Positions 28,827-40,700 of a stretch of 57,983 nt of DNA are shown here, piece by piece. Position 1 is the first letter of the stretch. Each line of letters starts with the position of its first letter. The translations under genes were made by a program, and so were the position numbers. Origin of the DNA: a virus (taxonomy: Duplodnaviria; Caudoviricetes); the IMG/VR virus record IMGVR_UViG_3300045743_000846, positions 1-57,983 of that record. The stretch is one strand, 5' to 3'. Under the pieces are notes generated by a model, which saw nothing but the letters and a program-made list of their open reading frames with translations, had not been told where the DNA came from and ran no database searches.

Positions 28827-29464
28827 CAACTAAATTCCAAGATTTTTCCAAGTCACTCTTACCATGCCATCCGTCCCCAACCCAAGGAGAACCGGATGCC
28901 CAATTTCAACGCATCGCCCCACTTTCACCACCTGCTGCATTCTCTGCCAGTCGCCCCGGTAGTGGCCGCCATAGCCAGCCAGCCGCACCTGTTCGGCCAG
29001 CACACTGACCGCACCCGCGCCCCCAACTCGCCCCACCGCGAAGCGACCGACATCTGGCTACGCTACAACGACCACCGCAATCTTGGCCCTACCTTTAACG
29101 ATGAACACGATTCGGTGTGGTATCCCGCCTGGTATGCGCTGTCGGAACTGGCCCCGCTGGTATTTGGCCTGATGCACGAAGTGCAGGGCGAACGGCTGGG
29201 CGGCATTCTGATTACCAAACTGCCACCCGGTGGCCAAATCGCCCGCCACAGCGCCCACAGTTGGCACGCCCGCTACTACGACAAGTTTTACATCGCCCTG
29301 CAAAACGCCCCCGGCAGCGTGTTTTCTTTCCCGGATGGCGACATCCACGCCCAAGCCGGGGATTGCTATTGGTTCGACAACAACGTGCCGCACAGCGTCC
29401 ACAACCAGTCCGGGCAAGACCGGCTTTCCCTCATCGGCTGCATTAAAACCGACCTGTTCAAGGA
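28827..29464 (+). repeat. Direct repeat copy 1 (~640 bp)
   Basis: Matches 31414..32051, including upstream attccaagatttttccaa and the RBS; manual count of about 29 mismatches in 569 coding nt. Confidence 0.95.
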
Positions 29465-29627
29465 ATCCCGCCATGCCGCCCCACAAAACCAACGGCAAGG
29501 TGGGGGCTTCAATGGCCAAATTTCAGAATACTTGGCCAGACCTGATTCCCTTCACTGCAAGCCTTTATCGACATCTTGCACGAATACATACGAGATTATA
29601 ACCAAAGCATTCGGCAATGTTCTTTGA
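28896..29627 (+). pseudogene. Duplicate Asp/Asn beta-hydroxylase-like gene with lost HxD ligand and foreign C-terminal extension
   Basis: ORF is open, but HTD has become HSA and LIVC has become LIGC; after KTDLFK the frame runs into unrelated AT-rich sequence. Confidence 0.6.
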
Positions 29628-29907
29628 GGCATCAAATATCTGTTCAGGATTTAAAATTGTGGCAAGTATCCAACCGTAGGCTATATGTCTAACGTGTATG
29701 TGATCAGGCGGGTCTTGACACAAACCTTTTTCAGTTTTTCGCATACAACCTAGCGCGCATCTCAACGATGCTAAGCGGCAATTGGTTAATGTTGGGGGAG
29801 CCAAAATCCGCTTAGCAAGCGGAAAAGAGTAAAATTGAAAAATAATTTATTTAATATTTTTATAGTAAATTTTAAAACCAATAAATTAACTTTGCGTTGT
29901 TTTACGG

Positions 29908-29957
29908 AAAATCCCCCAATTTCACAGGTATGTCGCAGTGTGAAGATTGGGGTTTTT
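29908..29957. terminator. Long hairpin, possible bidirectional terminator
   Basis: aaaatcccccaat-ttcaca...tgtgaa-g-attggggttttt downstream of the 30028 gene. Confidence 0.55.
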
Positions 29958-30027
29958 CAACGTCATTCTAATCCGATGAAACAACATTCCAAAATAGCTG
30001 GCTAATCGGATAGGCGAGGCAAAACTT

Positions 30028-31182
30028 TTACTCTTTGTCAGTGTTGGCTGCGTAGAACTCCTTCAGTGAGACAACACTTAAATCAATTGTACGCTCCCAT
30101 GGTGTTTGCCCTCCAGGATGTTTCCAAGTTGGCTTAAAAGGATTGGCTAACCCGCTTCCGGCGTTTGATTGCGCGATGCGTCCCGATGGATTGCCATTTG
30201 CATCCCACTGAACTTCTGTGATGATTGCAGAATGCGAATTGTCATTCTTAAATGCGTACATGCTTGGCCTATAGTTACCAGCTGATTCTTTTCCCAAACC
30301 ATATACTTTGGTTTTGCCGGCACCTTGTAGCACCATTCGGTCAGCAAATTCTTTGCATTGAGCGCGTATCCCCAAAAAAGTAAGCATCTCCCCCTCGCCT
30401 GCGGGGATTGTGCCAGTATAACGTGCAATCATCCTATCAACGGTACTTGCCCGCTCTGTGTCGTTGTAACTGGTATACCTCTTCATTTCAAGTAACATTA
30501 AGGCTTTGATATCCGTCTTCTTGTCCTTGGAAATTACCGGTTTGCCAAGTTTCACCCACTTATCATAGCCGCCAATTTCTTTGGAGGTTACCCAAGTGGC
30601 AAGAACAGTTGCCGTTCGTTTCATGCCAGGCCCATCGCCGGAATAGTCTGTAACCCAGGGTGAACCAGGTATTGACGCGGGGGCATCACTTCCCGCCATA
30701 ACAGTATTGTAGGCTGCGCTCGATATTCCGGGGTGAGAAGTTGGGGAAAATCGCCAACTATTTGACCATGGGCCGACGAGGCCGGTCGAAGTCATTGTTT
30801 TTACCTTCCAGAAATAATCCCGCCCTTTCCACCAAAAATTTGACAAGCCAGTTTTACTGGCAGAGTTGGTTCTGACCACCGTCGTAACACACGAATTATC
30901 GCAAGTACCAACACCATTGGTATCACGGTAGCCTGCGAAATCAATTTTCTCACTCACGACAATGACGTAGGTTGCTTTTTTATCAGCTTGGAAGATGGAC
31001 CACGAAAACGATTGCCCACTGTTAAAAAGCCATTCTGAAGCCTTGTCAGCTGGAGCATTGAGTAACGGAGCAGGCGGCGTCGGAATGGCGGGAGGCTTGG
31101 TTGTTTGAGCTGCCATCGTGTTGGAGCAAACTCCAAGGCTTACCAAAACGGTAAACGAGGCTACGGATGCGCACGGATACAT
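30028..31182 (-). CDS. Secreted protein with Fn3-like beta domain and C-terminal CHAP/NlpC-like domain
   Basis: Signal-like N-terminus; YFWKVKT..GPWSNSWRF (Fn3-like); AQCKEFA, NSHSAII and AQSN match CHAP Cys/His spacing. Confidence 0.6.
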   Translation of the reverse strand: MYPCASVASFTVLVSLGVCSNTMAAQTTKPPAIPTPPAPLLNAPADKASEWLFNSGQSFSWSIFQADKKATYVIVVSEKIDFAGYRDTNGVGTCDNSCVTTVVRTNSASKTGLSNFWWKGRDYFWKVKTMTSTGLVGPWSNSWRFSPTSHPGISSAAYNTVMAGSDAPASIPGSPWVTDYSGDGPGMKRTATVLATWVTSKEIGGYDKWVKLGKPVISKDKKTDIKALMLLEMKRYTSYNDTERASTVDRMIARYTGTIPAGEGEMLTFLGIRAQCKEFADRMVLQGAGKTKVYGLGKESAGNYRPSMYAFKNDNSHSAIITEVQWDANGNPSGRIAQSNAGSGLANPFKPTWKHPGGQTPWERTIDLSVVSLKEFYAANTDKE

Positions 31183-31413
31183 AAATTCCCTTTCGATGAT
31201 CAAGAATCGGTGTTTGTATACTACCCCGAATGATTTCCATCGGTCAACATTTATTTCTATACATATTTGTTGTCACCTTGAATTGTTGCACGCGTGTCCG
31301 ACCTGATAGTGCAACCAATCTGCCATTTACGTTTTTGAGCTGGCACGGCAAGGCCAACACTCCAATCGCATCCCCTAACTATTTTTTGTAAAAAACAACA
31401 AAACCCAGCGTTT

Positions 31414-32051
31414 CAACAAAATTCCAAGATTTTTCCAAACCAAACTTACCATGCCATCCGTCCCCAACCCAAGGAGAACCGGATGCCCAATTTCACCTCA
31501 TCGCCCCACTTTCACCACCTGCTGCACTCCCTGCCAGTGGCCCCGGTAGTGGCCGCCCTTGGCGCGCAACCGCACCTGTTCGGCCAACACCCTGACCGCG
31601 CCCGCGCCCCCAACTCGCCCCACCGCGAAGCGACGGACATCTGGCTACGCTACAACGACTACCGCAATCTTGGCCCCACCTTTAACGATGAACACGATTC
31701 GGTGTGGTATCCCGCCTGGTATGCGCTGCCCGAACTGGCCCCGCTGGTGTTTGGCCTGATGCACGAAGTGCAAGGCGAACGGCTGGGCGGCATTCTGATC
31801 ACCAAACTGCCACCCGGTGGCCAAATCGCCCGCCACACCGACCACAGTTGGCACGCCCGCTACTACGACAAGTTTTACATCGCCCTGCAAAACGCCCCCG
31901 GCAGCGTGTTTTCTTTCCCCGATGGCGACATCCACGCCCAAGCCGGGGATTGCTATTGGTTCGACAACAGCGTGCCGCACAGCGTCCACAACCAGTCCGG
32001 GCAAGACCGGCTTGCCCTCATCGTCTGCATTAAAACCGACCTGTTCAAGGA
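31414..32051 (+). repeat. Direct repeat copy 2 (~640 bp)
   Basis: Matches 28827..29464 at an offset of 2587 bp. Confidence 0.95.
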
Positions 32052-32067
32052 CACACCCCATGCTTGA
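31483..32067 (+). CDS. Aspartyl/asparaginyl beta-hydroxylase-like 2OG-Fe(II) oxygenase
   Basis: LPPGGQIARHTD (HxD), YWFDNSVPHSV.N (distal His), DRLALIVCI (2OG-binding Arg). Confidence 0.88.
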   Translation: MPNFTSSPHFHHLLHSLPVAPVVAALGAQPHLFGQHPDRARAPNSPHREATDIWLRYNDYRNLGPTFNDEHDSVWYPAWYALPELAPLVFGLMHEVQGERLGGILITKLPPGGQIARHTDHSWHARYYDKFYIALQNAPGSVFSFPDGDIHAQAGDCYWFDNSVPHSVHNQSGQDRLALIVCIKTDLFKDTPHA

Positions 32068-32368
32068 TCTTGCCATCCAACACCATTTTGGCCGCAACGT
32101 GTACGCCAAACAAATGCACCTGCCCGCCGGGCACTTCGCGCAAAGCCACAAACACAGCTTCGATCACCTTTCGATTCTGGCAGTCGGCCATGCGCAGGTA
32201 ACGGTAGACGGCCACACCACCGACTACCCGCCCGGAAGCTGCATTTTGATCCGGGCGCATGCGGTTCACACCATTACCGCCATAACAAGCATCGTGTGGT
32301 TTTGCATTCACGCCACGGACATTACCGATGTTGCCCAAATCGACCACACCTTAATAGAAGGAGCCTGA
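32060..32368 (+). CDS. Cupin-fold protein
   Basis: HHFG..VYAKQM..SHKHSFDHLSIL..H.I.A..VWFCIHAT; overlaps the hydroxylase stop. Confidence 0.85.
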   Translation: MLDLAIQHHFGRNVYAKQMHLPAGHFAQSHKHSFDHLSILAVGHAQVTVDGHTTDYPPGSCILIRAHAVHTITAITSIVWFCIHATDITDVAQIDHTLIEGA

Positions 32369-32369
32369 T

Positions 32370-33071
32370 ATGCCCTGGGCCGCAGCCGCAGCCGTTGCCT
32401 CTGCCGTCGTCGGAGGTGTCGCCGCCAACAAAGCCGCCAGCAAAGCGGCAGATGCCAATCAAAAAGCCATTGATGCCAATGCGTATCAGGGCCAGATTGC
32501 ACTCGATCAATTCGACGACTATAAAACCACGTTTCGCCCGCTGGAACACAGTCTGGCCAGTGACGCACAGCAATACGACAGCGCGCAAGGCTATGAACGT
32601 GCCGCAGGCGAAGCACAAGCCGCTGTGTCCAGCCAGCTTGGGCTGGCCCGCGCCCGCCTGATGCGCACACCCGGCCTTGATCCATCCTCCGCCGCTGCCC
32701 AAGCCGCGCACACCAATCTGGAACTGCACGGTGCCGCCATGGCCGCCACCGAGCAAAATCTGGCGCGCGAACGGGTGCGCGATAAAGCTTTCGCCAGAAA
32801 ACTCGATGCCGCTGGCCTGGGCAGAGGTTTAGTCGCCAACGCATCCACCGGCTTCGCCAATGCCGCCAGCACCGCTTCCAGTCTGGCCCGCGCCAATTTC
32901 AACGAAGGCAACCAAACCGCCGCCGGTATCGGTTCACTGGTTAATGGCGTGGTGGGTGGCTTGTCCAAAGTCAATTGGGACAAGGTGGGCGGGATTTTTG
33001 GCACTGGCGGCAGCGGTGGCAGCACCACCCCGGCCAGCACAGGCGAAACCAACCCAATTTTGGAGATTTAA
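32370..33071 (+). CDS. Internal virion / ejection (pilot) protein
   Basis: MPWAAAAAVASAVVGGV hydrophobic start, Ala-rich helices, FRPLE motif; position. Confidence 0.75.
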   Translation: MPWAAAAAVASAVVGGVAANKAASKAADANQKAIDANAYQGQIALDQFDDYKTTFRPLEHSLASDAQQYDSAQGYERAAGEAQAAVSSQLGLARARLMRTPGLDPSSAAAQAAHTNLELHGAAMAATEQNLARERVRDKAFARKLDAAGLGRGLVANASTGFANAASTASSLARANFNEGNQTAAGIGSLVNGVVGGLSKVNWDKVGGIFGTGGSGGSTTPASTGETNPILEI

Positions 33072-33074
33072 CAT

Positions 33075-34709
33075 ATGGCACTCAACTGGAGCGGCATCGC
33101 CGCCGCCTACCAAGGCTACCAAGACCAGCAACGGCGCGTGGATGACGATGCACGGCGCGCCAAGGCTGACCAAAGGCAAGAGCAAGACAACCAATTCACC
33201 GAACAGGCGCGCAACCAACAACGGCGCGATTGGGAGCGAGAAAACCAAACCCGTTCAGAGGATGACGCCAGCCGTCAGGAACTGGCACGCCAAGCCAGCC
33301 AAGCCGCGACATCACCCGCCGTGCTGCCAGCCGTGGGTGGCTTGCCCACGGCTGCGCCCACGGGCGACGGCAGCACCCCGGCCAATGATCCAAGCACCAG
33401 TACAGGCACCAGCGCAGGCACCAGCGCAGGCACCAGCCCAAGCCCGGCAGCCAGCCCGGCCAGCAATAGCAGCAAAAGCGGCCCCAATTCCACCAGCATC
33501 AGCGCCGCCCTGCCTGCCAGCCCCGGCGGCATTCCGGCCCCGCACAATTTCAATAACATGCTCGATCAGCAACGCCAGTTCTTGAACGGCAAGCTGGCAC
33601 GCGGCACGCTTTCTGCGCAGGATTACAGCACCAGCGTGGCCGCGTTAAATAAGATGCAATCCGAAGGCATCCACGATGCGCTCACCCTGATGGCGCAGGG
33701 CCGCTATGAAGACGGCATCGCCCACTACAACCAAAGCGGCCTGATGCGCGGGGCCAGCATCGTCAAGGGCGAACCCGGCACCACCCAAATCAATGGCCAG
33801 CCAGTGCCAACCCATTTTGTTACGGTGCAAAATGCCGATGGTTCGCGCAGCGTGATGGATGTGGCCAAGGCGCAATACCAAATGCTGGACATGAACAACC
33901 AACTGGCCCATATCGACAAAACGCGCCAAACCGAGATGATGCGGCAACACTATGCTGATAGCGCGCAACTGGGGCGCGATCAATTGTCGCAGCATGCCAA
34001 AGATGCCGCCGCCAGCCGGGCGATTCAAAACGGCCACTTGTCGCTGGCCATGCAACAGTTTAACGCCAGCACGGCACCGGGCTTGATTGGTGCCAAAGAA
34101 AAGGCATTGGGCAGGCCACTTTCCCCGGATGAAAAAGCCACCCTGCTGGGCATCGACACCATGGCCCCGGCGCAGCGCCTGCAATTGCAAAGTGTTTTAA
34201 AAGAGCAGGATCAACTGGCGCAAGCGATTAACCAAGCCCAAGCCAGCGGCACATGGCAAGAAACGGATAAGGATGGCAAATCCAATCCGCTGCTGGTGCG
34301 GCAAGCGGCCCTGACTGGCCAAAGGCGGCAACTGCTGCAAGGTGCGGGGCAAGCTGCGCCGCTTGGCAGCAATCCGCTTGGTTTGACTCTGCCCGGCACT
34401 GGCCCGGCCACTGCCCCGACCACCGCCCCGGCCACGTCCGCCGCTGCCGCGCCTGTGGCCGCACCCATTATCAAATCAGTCGGCGGTATCCGGCCTGCAC
34501 CCACTGCTACACCCGCTGCCACACCAGCGGGCGCAATCGATGTGCGCAATGACCCGATTTTGCTATCACTGCGCAAATCAATCAGCCAGCTTAATCCGCA
34601 AGACCCGGCCAATACCCAAGCCATGATGGCCATCGGCACGGCCATTAACCAACGCATTGAGCAATTGCAGCAAAGCAACGGCAGCATGACCCAACTGATT
34701 ACCCAATAA
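33075..34709 (+). CDS. Internal virion / ejection protein
   Basis: Gln/Ala-rich helical protein with Ser/Thr/Pro linkers, between the pilot and giant protein genes; GGAG RBS. Confidence 0.7.
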   Translation: MALNWSGIAAAYQGYQDQQRRVDDDARRAKADQRQEQDNQFTEQARNQQRRDWERENQTRSEDDASRQELARQASQAATSPAVLPAVGGLPTAAPTGDGSTPANDPSTSTGTSAGTSAGTSPSPAASPASNSSKSGPNSTSISAALPASPGGIPAPHNFNNMLDQQRQFLNGKLARGTLSAQDYSTSVAALNKMQSEGIHDALTLMAQGRYEDGIAHYNQSGLMRGASIVKGEPGTTQINGQPVPTHFVTVQNADGSRSVMDVAKAQYQMLDMNNQLAHIDKTRQTEMMRQHYADSAQLGRDQLSQHAKDAAASRAIQNGHLSLAMQQFNASTAPGLIGAKEKALGRPLSPDEKATLLGIDTMAPAQRLQLQSVLKEQDQLAQAINQAQASGTWQETDKDGKSNPLLVRQAALTGQRRQLLQGAGQAAPLGSNPLGLTLPGTGPATAPTTAPATSAAAAPVAAPIIKSVGGIRPAPTATPAATPAGAIDVRNDPILLSLRKSISQLNPQDPANTQAMMAIGTAINQRIEQLQQSNGSMTQLITQ

Positions 34710-34731
34710 ACACGCTATCAAGGATTATTCA

Positions 34732-37700
34732 ATGAATTTAGCGCAAGCACGTTACAAATTGCCGGAATTGGCCGGGTTGGATGACCAATCGGCCCTGGAA
34801 GTGATTCAACAAAACTATTACCCGATGCTGGACAAGCACGACTTGGCCAAACAATTGGGCGTTACCCTGCCCGAGCCACCCGTTAAACAAGCCGGAGTAC
34901 TGCGCACGGCGGGCGATGTCGGCATCAAACTGGCGCAAGGTGTGGTGGATTTGGGCAGTTCTGCTGTTGGCCTCGGTAGTTTGGCTACCGGTGGTTTAGT
35001 CGGCAAGGGCATGCGCGCCGCCGGTTATGACCCGAAGGCCGCCAATGAGATATTGGGCAGTTACCTGTCCGACAGCCAAAAAGCCGCCGATGACAAGGTG
35101 CAGCATGCCGATGGCTTTGTCGATACCCTTGCTGCCTCGCTGCAAAATCCGCGTTCGATACTGGGCAGCATCGCCGAATCGGCCCCCGGCATGCTGGCGG
35201 GCATGGGCGTAAGCAATGCGGTGGCGCGTGGCATTGCCGCCAAAGCCGCCTTGGCCACGGGTGAAGGGGCCGCCGCCAGTGCCAGCGCGCGCGCAGCCGG
35301 GCAAACTGCCAGCCAAGCCGGACGTGCCGCACTGGCAACCGATCTTGGTAGCCAAGCCGCCAGCCGTGCAGTGGATGCTGCCGGGAACAAGCTGTTGGCC
35401 TTGGGTGCGGCCACCGAAGGCGCACAGGCTGCCGGGCAGATTGCCGATGATGCGCAAGCCGCTGGCCGTGCCTATGCCGATTACGCTTTGCCTGCCATCG
35501 CTGCCGGTACATTGACCGGTTCCATTGGCTATGGTGCCGGGCGCTTGTTGGGCGATGCCGCCACCCACATTGCCACCGGGGCCAGATCGACCGGGGTGCG
35601 CGGTAGCCTTGCGGCACGGGTAGGCAAGGAATTATTCAGTGAAGGCGTGTTGGAAGAATTGCCGCAATCGGCGCAAGAACAAGCCTTTACCAATTTGGCG
35701 CAGGGTGAACCGGATGTAATGCACGGCGTGGCCAATGCCGCCGCCACCGGCTTGGTAACCGGTGGCGTAATGGGGGCAGGCATGGGTGCCTTGCAAGGCA
35801 GACATCACCCGGCCAACCCAAGCACCAGCAACCCGGCGCAGCGCAGCAATCCGCCCGTGGTATTGCCGGACAGTGGCCCACTCTCACAGGCGGCCAATGC
35901 CGGGCAACAGGCAACGGCAACCATTCAACCCGCCGCCAGTAGCGCCCCCGCGAAAAATACCGCCGATGCGGGCGACCTGCCGTTAAACAGCGCACCGCCG
36001 TTGTCGCTGGACGAAATCGACGCCCGCATGGCTCAACTGGTAGCGCTTGGCCATGGCCGTTTGGCCAGCCGGGTACGCGATGAACAGGGTAATCTGCAAA
36101 CCGTCCCGGCCATCAAAGGCCGCCGCCTGACGCAGGAAGAAACGGCAGAATACCAAGCCCTGAACCAAGCGCGCCAGCAACGCACCGCCATTCCGCCCGA
36201 GCAACAAGCCGACTACCAAGCCCTGTTGGCACAAGAGCAAGCCGAACAGCAACAAAAAGCCGCCGCCACGCTGGCGCGGCAAGCACAACAGGCGCAACAA
36301 GCACAGCAGGCCCAGCAAGAGGCAGAACTGGCGCAACTGCTGGCCGAGGAACAAGCCGAGCGGCAGGCGCAGGCACAGCAAGCGCAACAAGCACGGGCCG
36401 CACAGGAACGGCAGCAACTTGATATTACCAATGCCATTGTGGCGCATGAACGGCAAACCCGCAGCGAGGCCGAGCGCGCCGCCTTGCGCCAGCAAGTGAT
36501 TAATGATCATTCAATTGCCCCGCAGCAAAAAGTCGCTGCCCTGCAAAAGCTGTATCAATTATCCGGCTACGCCGACCCCAGCCTGTCGGCGCAGGATCGA
36601 CATGAAATCGAGTTGGCCACCGTACCGGTTCGGGCGCTGCCGAATGAATTGATTGACCCGGTACCGGAGCGCAGGCCCGCCACCCATAACAAAACCGTGC
36701 AGCCGAATTTGCAGGCAGTCGATAACGCGATTGCGCAAGGCATGCGCTTGCGCACTGCCAAGGGCAATCTGTTGCACAAAAAGGGTTCGAGTAAAATCTT
36801 TAGGCTGAATGGCGCGCAAAAGGCGTATTACCTGGAACAGATGGCGCGCTTGGCGCAAGGGCAAGCGCAGGAGCCAGCACAGGCAGAACAGGCAGAACAG
36901 GCAGAACAGGTGGCCAATGAACCCGCCCGCACGCCAGCACTGGAAGCCAATGCCGAGCCAGCCGCCGCCCGGGTGGAAAGTCCCGCGCCATTGCTGCCTG
37001 CCGACACCGCCAATGCGGAACCGGCCAGCGTGGCAAACGCACCCGCTACGCCTGCCTTGCCGGATGCGGTGCCAGCGCCCCAAGCTGCACCGGCACCGGC
37101 CAAGGAACTGACTACCCGGCAAGCACTGAACCGCAAAACCGTCAAGGACATGAGCGATGATGAGTTGCGGCAAGCGAAACAGGTGTTAGCCGATAGCCCG
37201 CGTGCGCCAAAAATCGACAAGGAAATGGCCCGCCGGGGCTTGCACGCTGAACCGGCCCCGGCAAGCAGCACGCCTGCCGAAGCGGCACAGCCGCCGATAC
37301 CACAAGGATTTGTTCGGGCGGTGGATGGGCAGGTACAGGCCAATCGGCCCGCTACCGAACCGGTTACCGCGCCAGCGAGCGGATCAAGTGATACCGACCG
37401 CACCAGTCAACCGGCCAAGTCGGCATCCTACTTTGCTGATGCGGCAGTTGAACCCAACCCGTTAACCCAACCCGTGAATGAAAGGGGGGACAAGGGAATA
37501 GTCACTCACCCAATACCCGGTATCGCGCCGGAACCCACGAACACTGCCGACCTGATACAAGGGGCGGCGAACCCGCAGGCTTCAGCACCACAAGCTGGCA
37601 CCCATTCACAAGAGACGATTGGGCGAACGATAGTGTCGCCAGATGACTATCCGCTGGCAGAGTCCGAACGAAGTTATTCCGGCATCAGCCTCCATCCGAA

Positions 37701-40700
37701 TCAGCGTGCGCAGGGGGATCGGGATGAATTTGTCAAAGTGGTGCAGAACACCTATGACGCTGCGAAAAAGTTGGTGATGACAGAAGCGCAACAAGCGGCG
37801 CTTGATGCGGCGATTTCCCGTTTCAAAAATGAGTATCTGCTCGAAACGCGCAAGGTAATTCGAGTGCGTTCGGGTACGTACAGTGCGTTTGTGGCCGGGC
37901 GCTCAAAAATAAACACAAAACAAGCCGATGCGCGCAACCGGGCGTATGACAAGGCACTGGTGGATTTCTTCGGGTGGCAGAAAAATGCAGCGCCACGGGT
38001 GGCGCAGGCGGTGCTTGATGCCCGCACGCCGGAACAATTGGCAGAAGTGGCGCGGGAAAAAGCGGCAAAGGCAGCGGCGCGGCAGGAAAAAAATGATGCG
38101 TTTTTGCGCCGGTTGTTGAATTTTAAGCCGGGTGCAGATACGGTCACACTCGGTGAGGCGAAGCTGACGCGTATAACCTATGACCGGACTGGTCTGCCCA
38201 ATGCGCTGATACTGGAAGAACCGGGTTTGATCAAGGGTGTAACCGATAAGTTCATGATAGTGCCTACCTTGTATGCCAGCAAGGATGCATTGCGGGTAGC
38301 GGTGGAACGGGTGCGCAACGCTGTGCAAGCCGAACCAAGCCTTGAAACGAGCCAAGTCCAGGATTACAACGCTGTGGCGGGGAATGGGGCGGCACATGTC
38401 GAAGCCGGGCGCGTAGAACCGGCAACACCGGCAGTAATTGGGGAATCCATTGCCAAGTCTGCCGCCAATACGCCAATGAACCTGAAACAGGCCAAGGCCG
38501 ATCTGTTGGCGAAAATTGACGAGGAACTTGCCAAGGCACCTGAAAGCGCACGCACTGCCGAACATCGGCTTGCTACCAAATTGGCTGAAGCTGATCTGGC
38601 CGCTGCCCAAGAAAAATACCGGTCTAACCGAACCAACGCCAACGAAAAAGCGGTGTCCGAACTGATGAAAACCGTGGAAGTGCTGCGTACCATGGGCAAC
38701 CGGGTAACCTTCGATGTACCGGGCGATGGTAAATTCACGGTGCTATTTGATAAGCCGCACTTGCAGAAATTCCGCGATAAGGTTGCGGCAAACCCCGGCT
38801 TCAATGATAAAACCCGCCCAGTCAGCAAACCAAAGGCGCTCCCCTTTACCCCGGAAACCACCCTTTTGGATTTGTTGAAAGATGGCGAATTGCAAGCCGC
38901 TTACCAGTTTGCCAAGCAGATTGGAAAACCATTCCGCTTTACCACTGACCGCACCAGCAATGTGCCAAATCTGTATATTAATGCCGCCCCCGTGGATTTG
39001 GTGCCCGGTGTTGCGACCTGGGTTGGCAAGCAAACCAAGCGTGAGCCGAATGGCGGCATCACGCCCACGGCAAGTTGGTATGTGATTGAAAATAGCACAG
39101 GTTCATCGCTGGGTACGGATGGCACGGCACAAGGTGCTATCGCGGCTGCGAAAAAAAGGGTAGCCAACAAAGGCGTTGATCAATTTTTTCAGGCATTGGC
39201 AGAGGCTCCAAAAGTCGAGGAAAGCACGCTGGAACAGCAATGGCTACAGTACCATCATGCGGAAAGCATAGACGATTCGCACACACCGCCGCCTGAAGCC
39301 CCGACACAACAGGAGCCAGCGCCACAGCATGACGCCATTGTCACGCCAGTCATTGCTACACCAACCGATACCCAACAACCCAATCCAGCCATCGAAACGG
39401 CGGCGATTCCAACCAGTGAACCGGAACCGGCAAAGGAAACCGCCCAGTCTGAAGTTGAAGAGCCATTGCGGATTCCAGAAGGATACAAGCCGGTTGGCGA
39501 ATACTACCGATATGACATTCCCACAGAAGGCTATGCCCCGTTCAAAGAAGGGGATCGAGTCAGGATGCTCGAAAGTGGCTGGCGCGGCACCGTCGATTCC
39601 CTGTTTGGGGAAGGGCCAATTTTTTCCAGCGGCATCATTAAATACGACAATGGCACCACGGTAAGGCAGTTTTGGCACCAAGTTGAAGCGGCACCAGAAC
39701 AGGCTACCGTGCAGCCAAGCGCACCAGACAGCGCACAAACCAACGTACCAACCAGCACGCAAGCAGCGGCCAGCCCCGTGAACAGCCTGGCCGCGATTGA
39801 ACAGGTATTCGAGCGGGCCAGCCATGGCCAATTGCCACTGCAAGAGTTTCATGCGGCTTATGCCAGCTTTAACGAACACGAAGCGGCAATCACGGCAGAA
39901 CTCTCTGCCATGAAAAAGGATGAATTGCTGCGCTATGGTGGCCCGGCATTTACTTATCAGAACAGGGATGACAAAAAGGCAGAAGTCGTCAAGGATTTAT
40001 ATAGCACCTTGCGTGAACAATTTGCCTTTGCGCGGGAAAGAACGCTTTCCTACACGCTTTCCGGCAAGAATGAAAGTTGGGAAACCGCGCGCAAGAATGC
40101 AATCGACCAAGCCGTGGCAGACACGACACAGGCCGATCTTGAGCGCTATGCCGCCGACCGGCAAGCGCTGCGCGACAAGCAGGCTGCCAAGCTGGAAGGC
40201 ATGCAAGACCCGAAAACGCTGGACGATTTTATTGGGCTGATGCGGGAAAAGGTGCGTGATGGGATGTCGTTCAAGGCGGCGCGCTTGTCATTGCCCTTGG
40301 CCCAGCGCGCCATGTTCGACAGGCTGACCGCCGAAAAAAGCCAGGCAGAACGGGGCGCGAACAAGGTGCCCGTGCTGCGGGCACCAAATGCCCCGGTTGG
40401 CAGCACCGATATCATCCAGACCAAACACACCAAACACGGCCATGATTTATGGCAATTTAATCTGGAGCAACGGGTGTCACCAGACCAATTCAAGGCATTG
40501 GTGGTGCAAGCCCGGCGCTTGGGTGGGGATTATTCCAGCTATCGCGGCCATGGTGCCATTCCGGGCTGGCAATTTCGCAGCGAGGAATCGGCCAAAGCGT
40601 TCAAGGCGCTGGTGGCAGGCGATACCGGGGCGGCAGAAACCGTTATTCAGGCGCGGCGCGATGCCTTCGCCGATGACCGGACGCAAAGTGCAACCGAGCG

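Noticed and set aside
28827-32051. Diversity-generating retroelement (TR/VR pair)
   Set aside because: Mismatches involve all four bases and many are synonymous rather than adenine-specific; no reverse transcriptase ORF is seen in the window.
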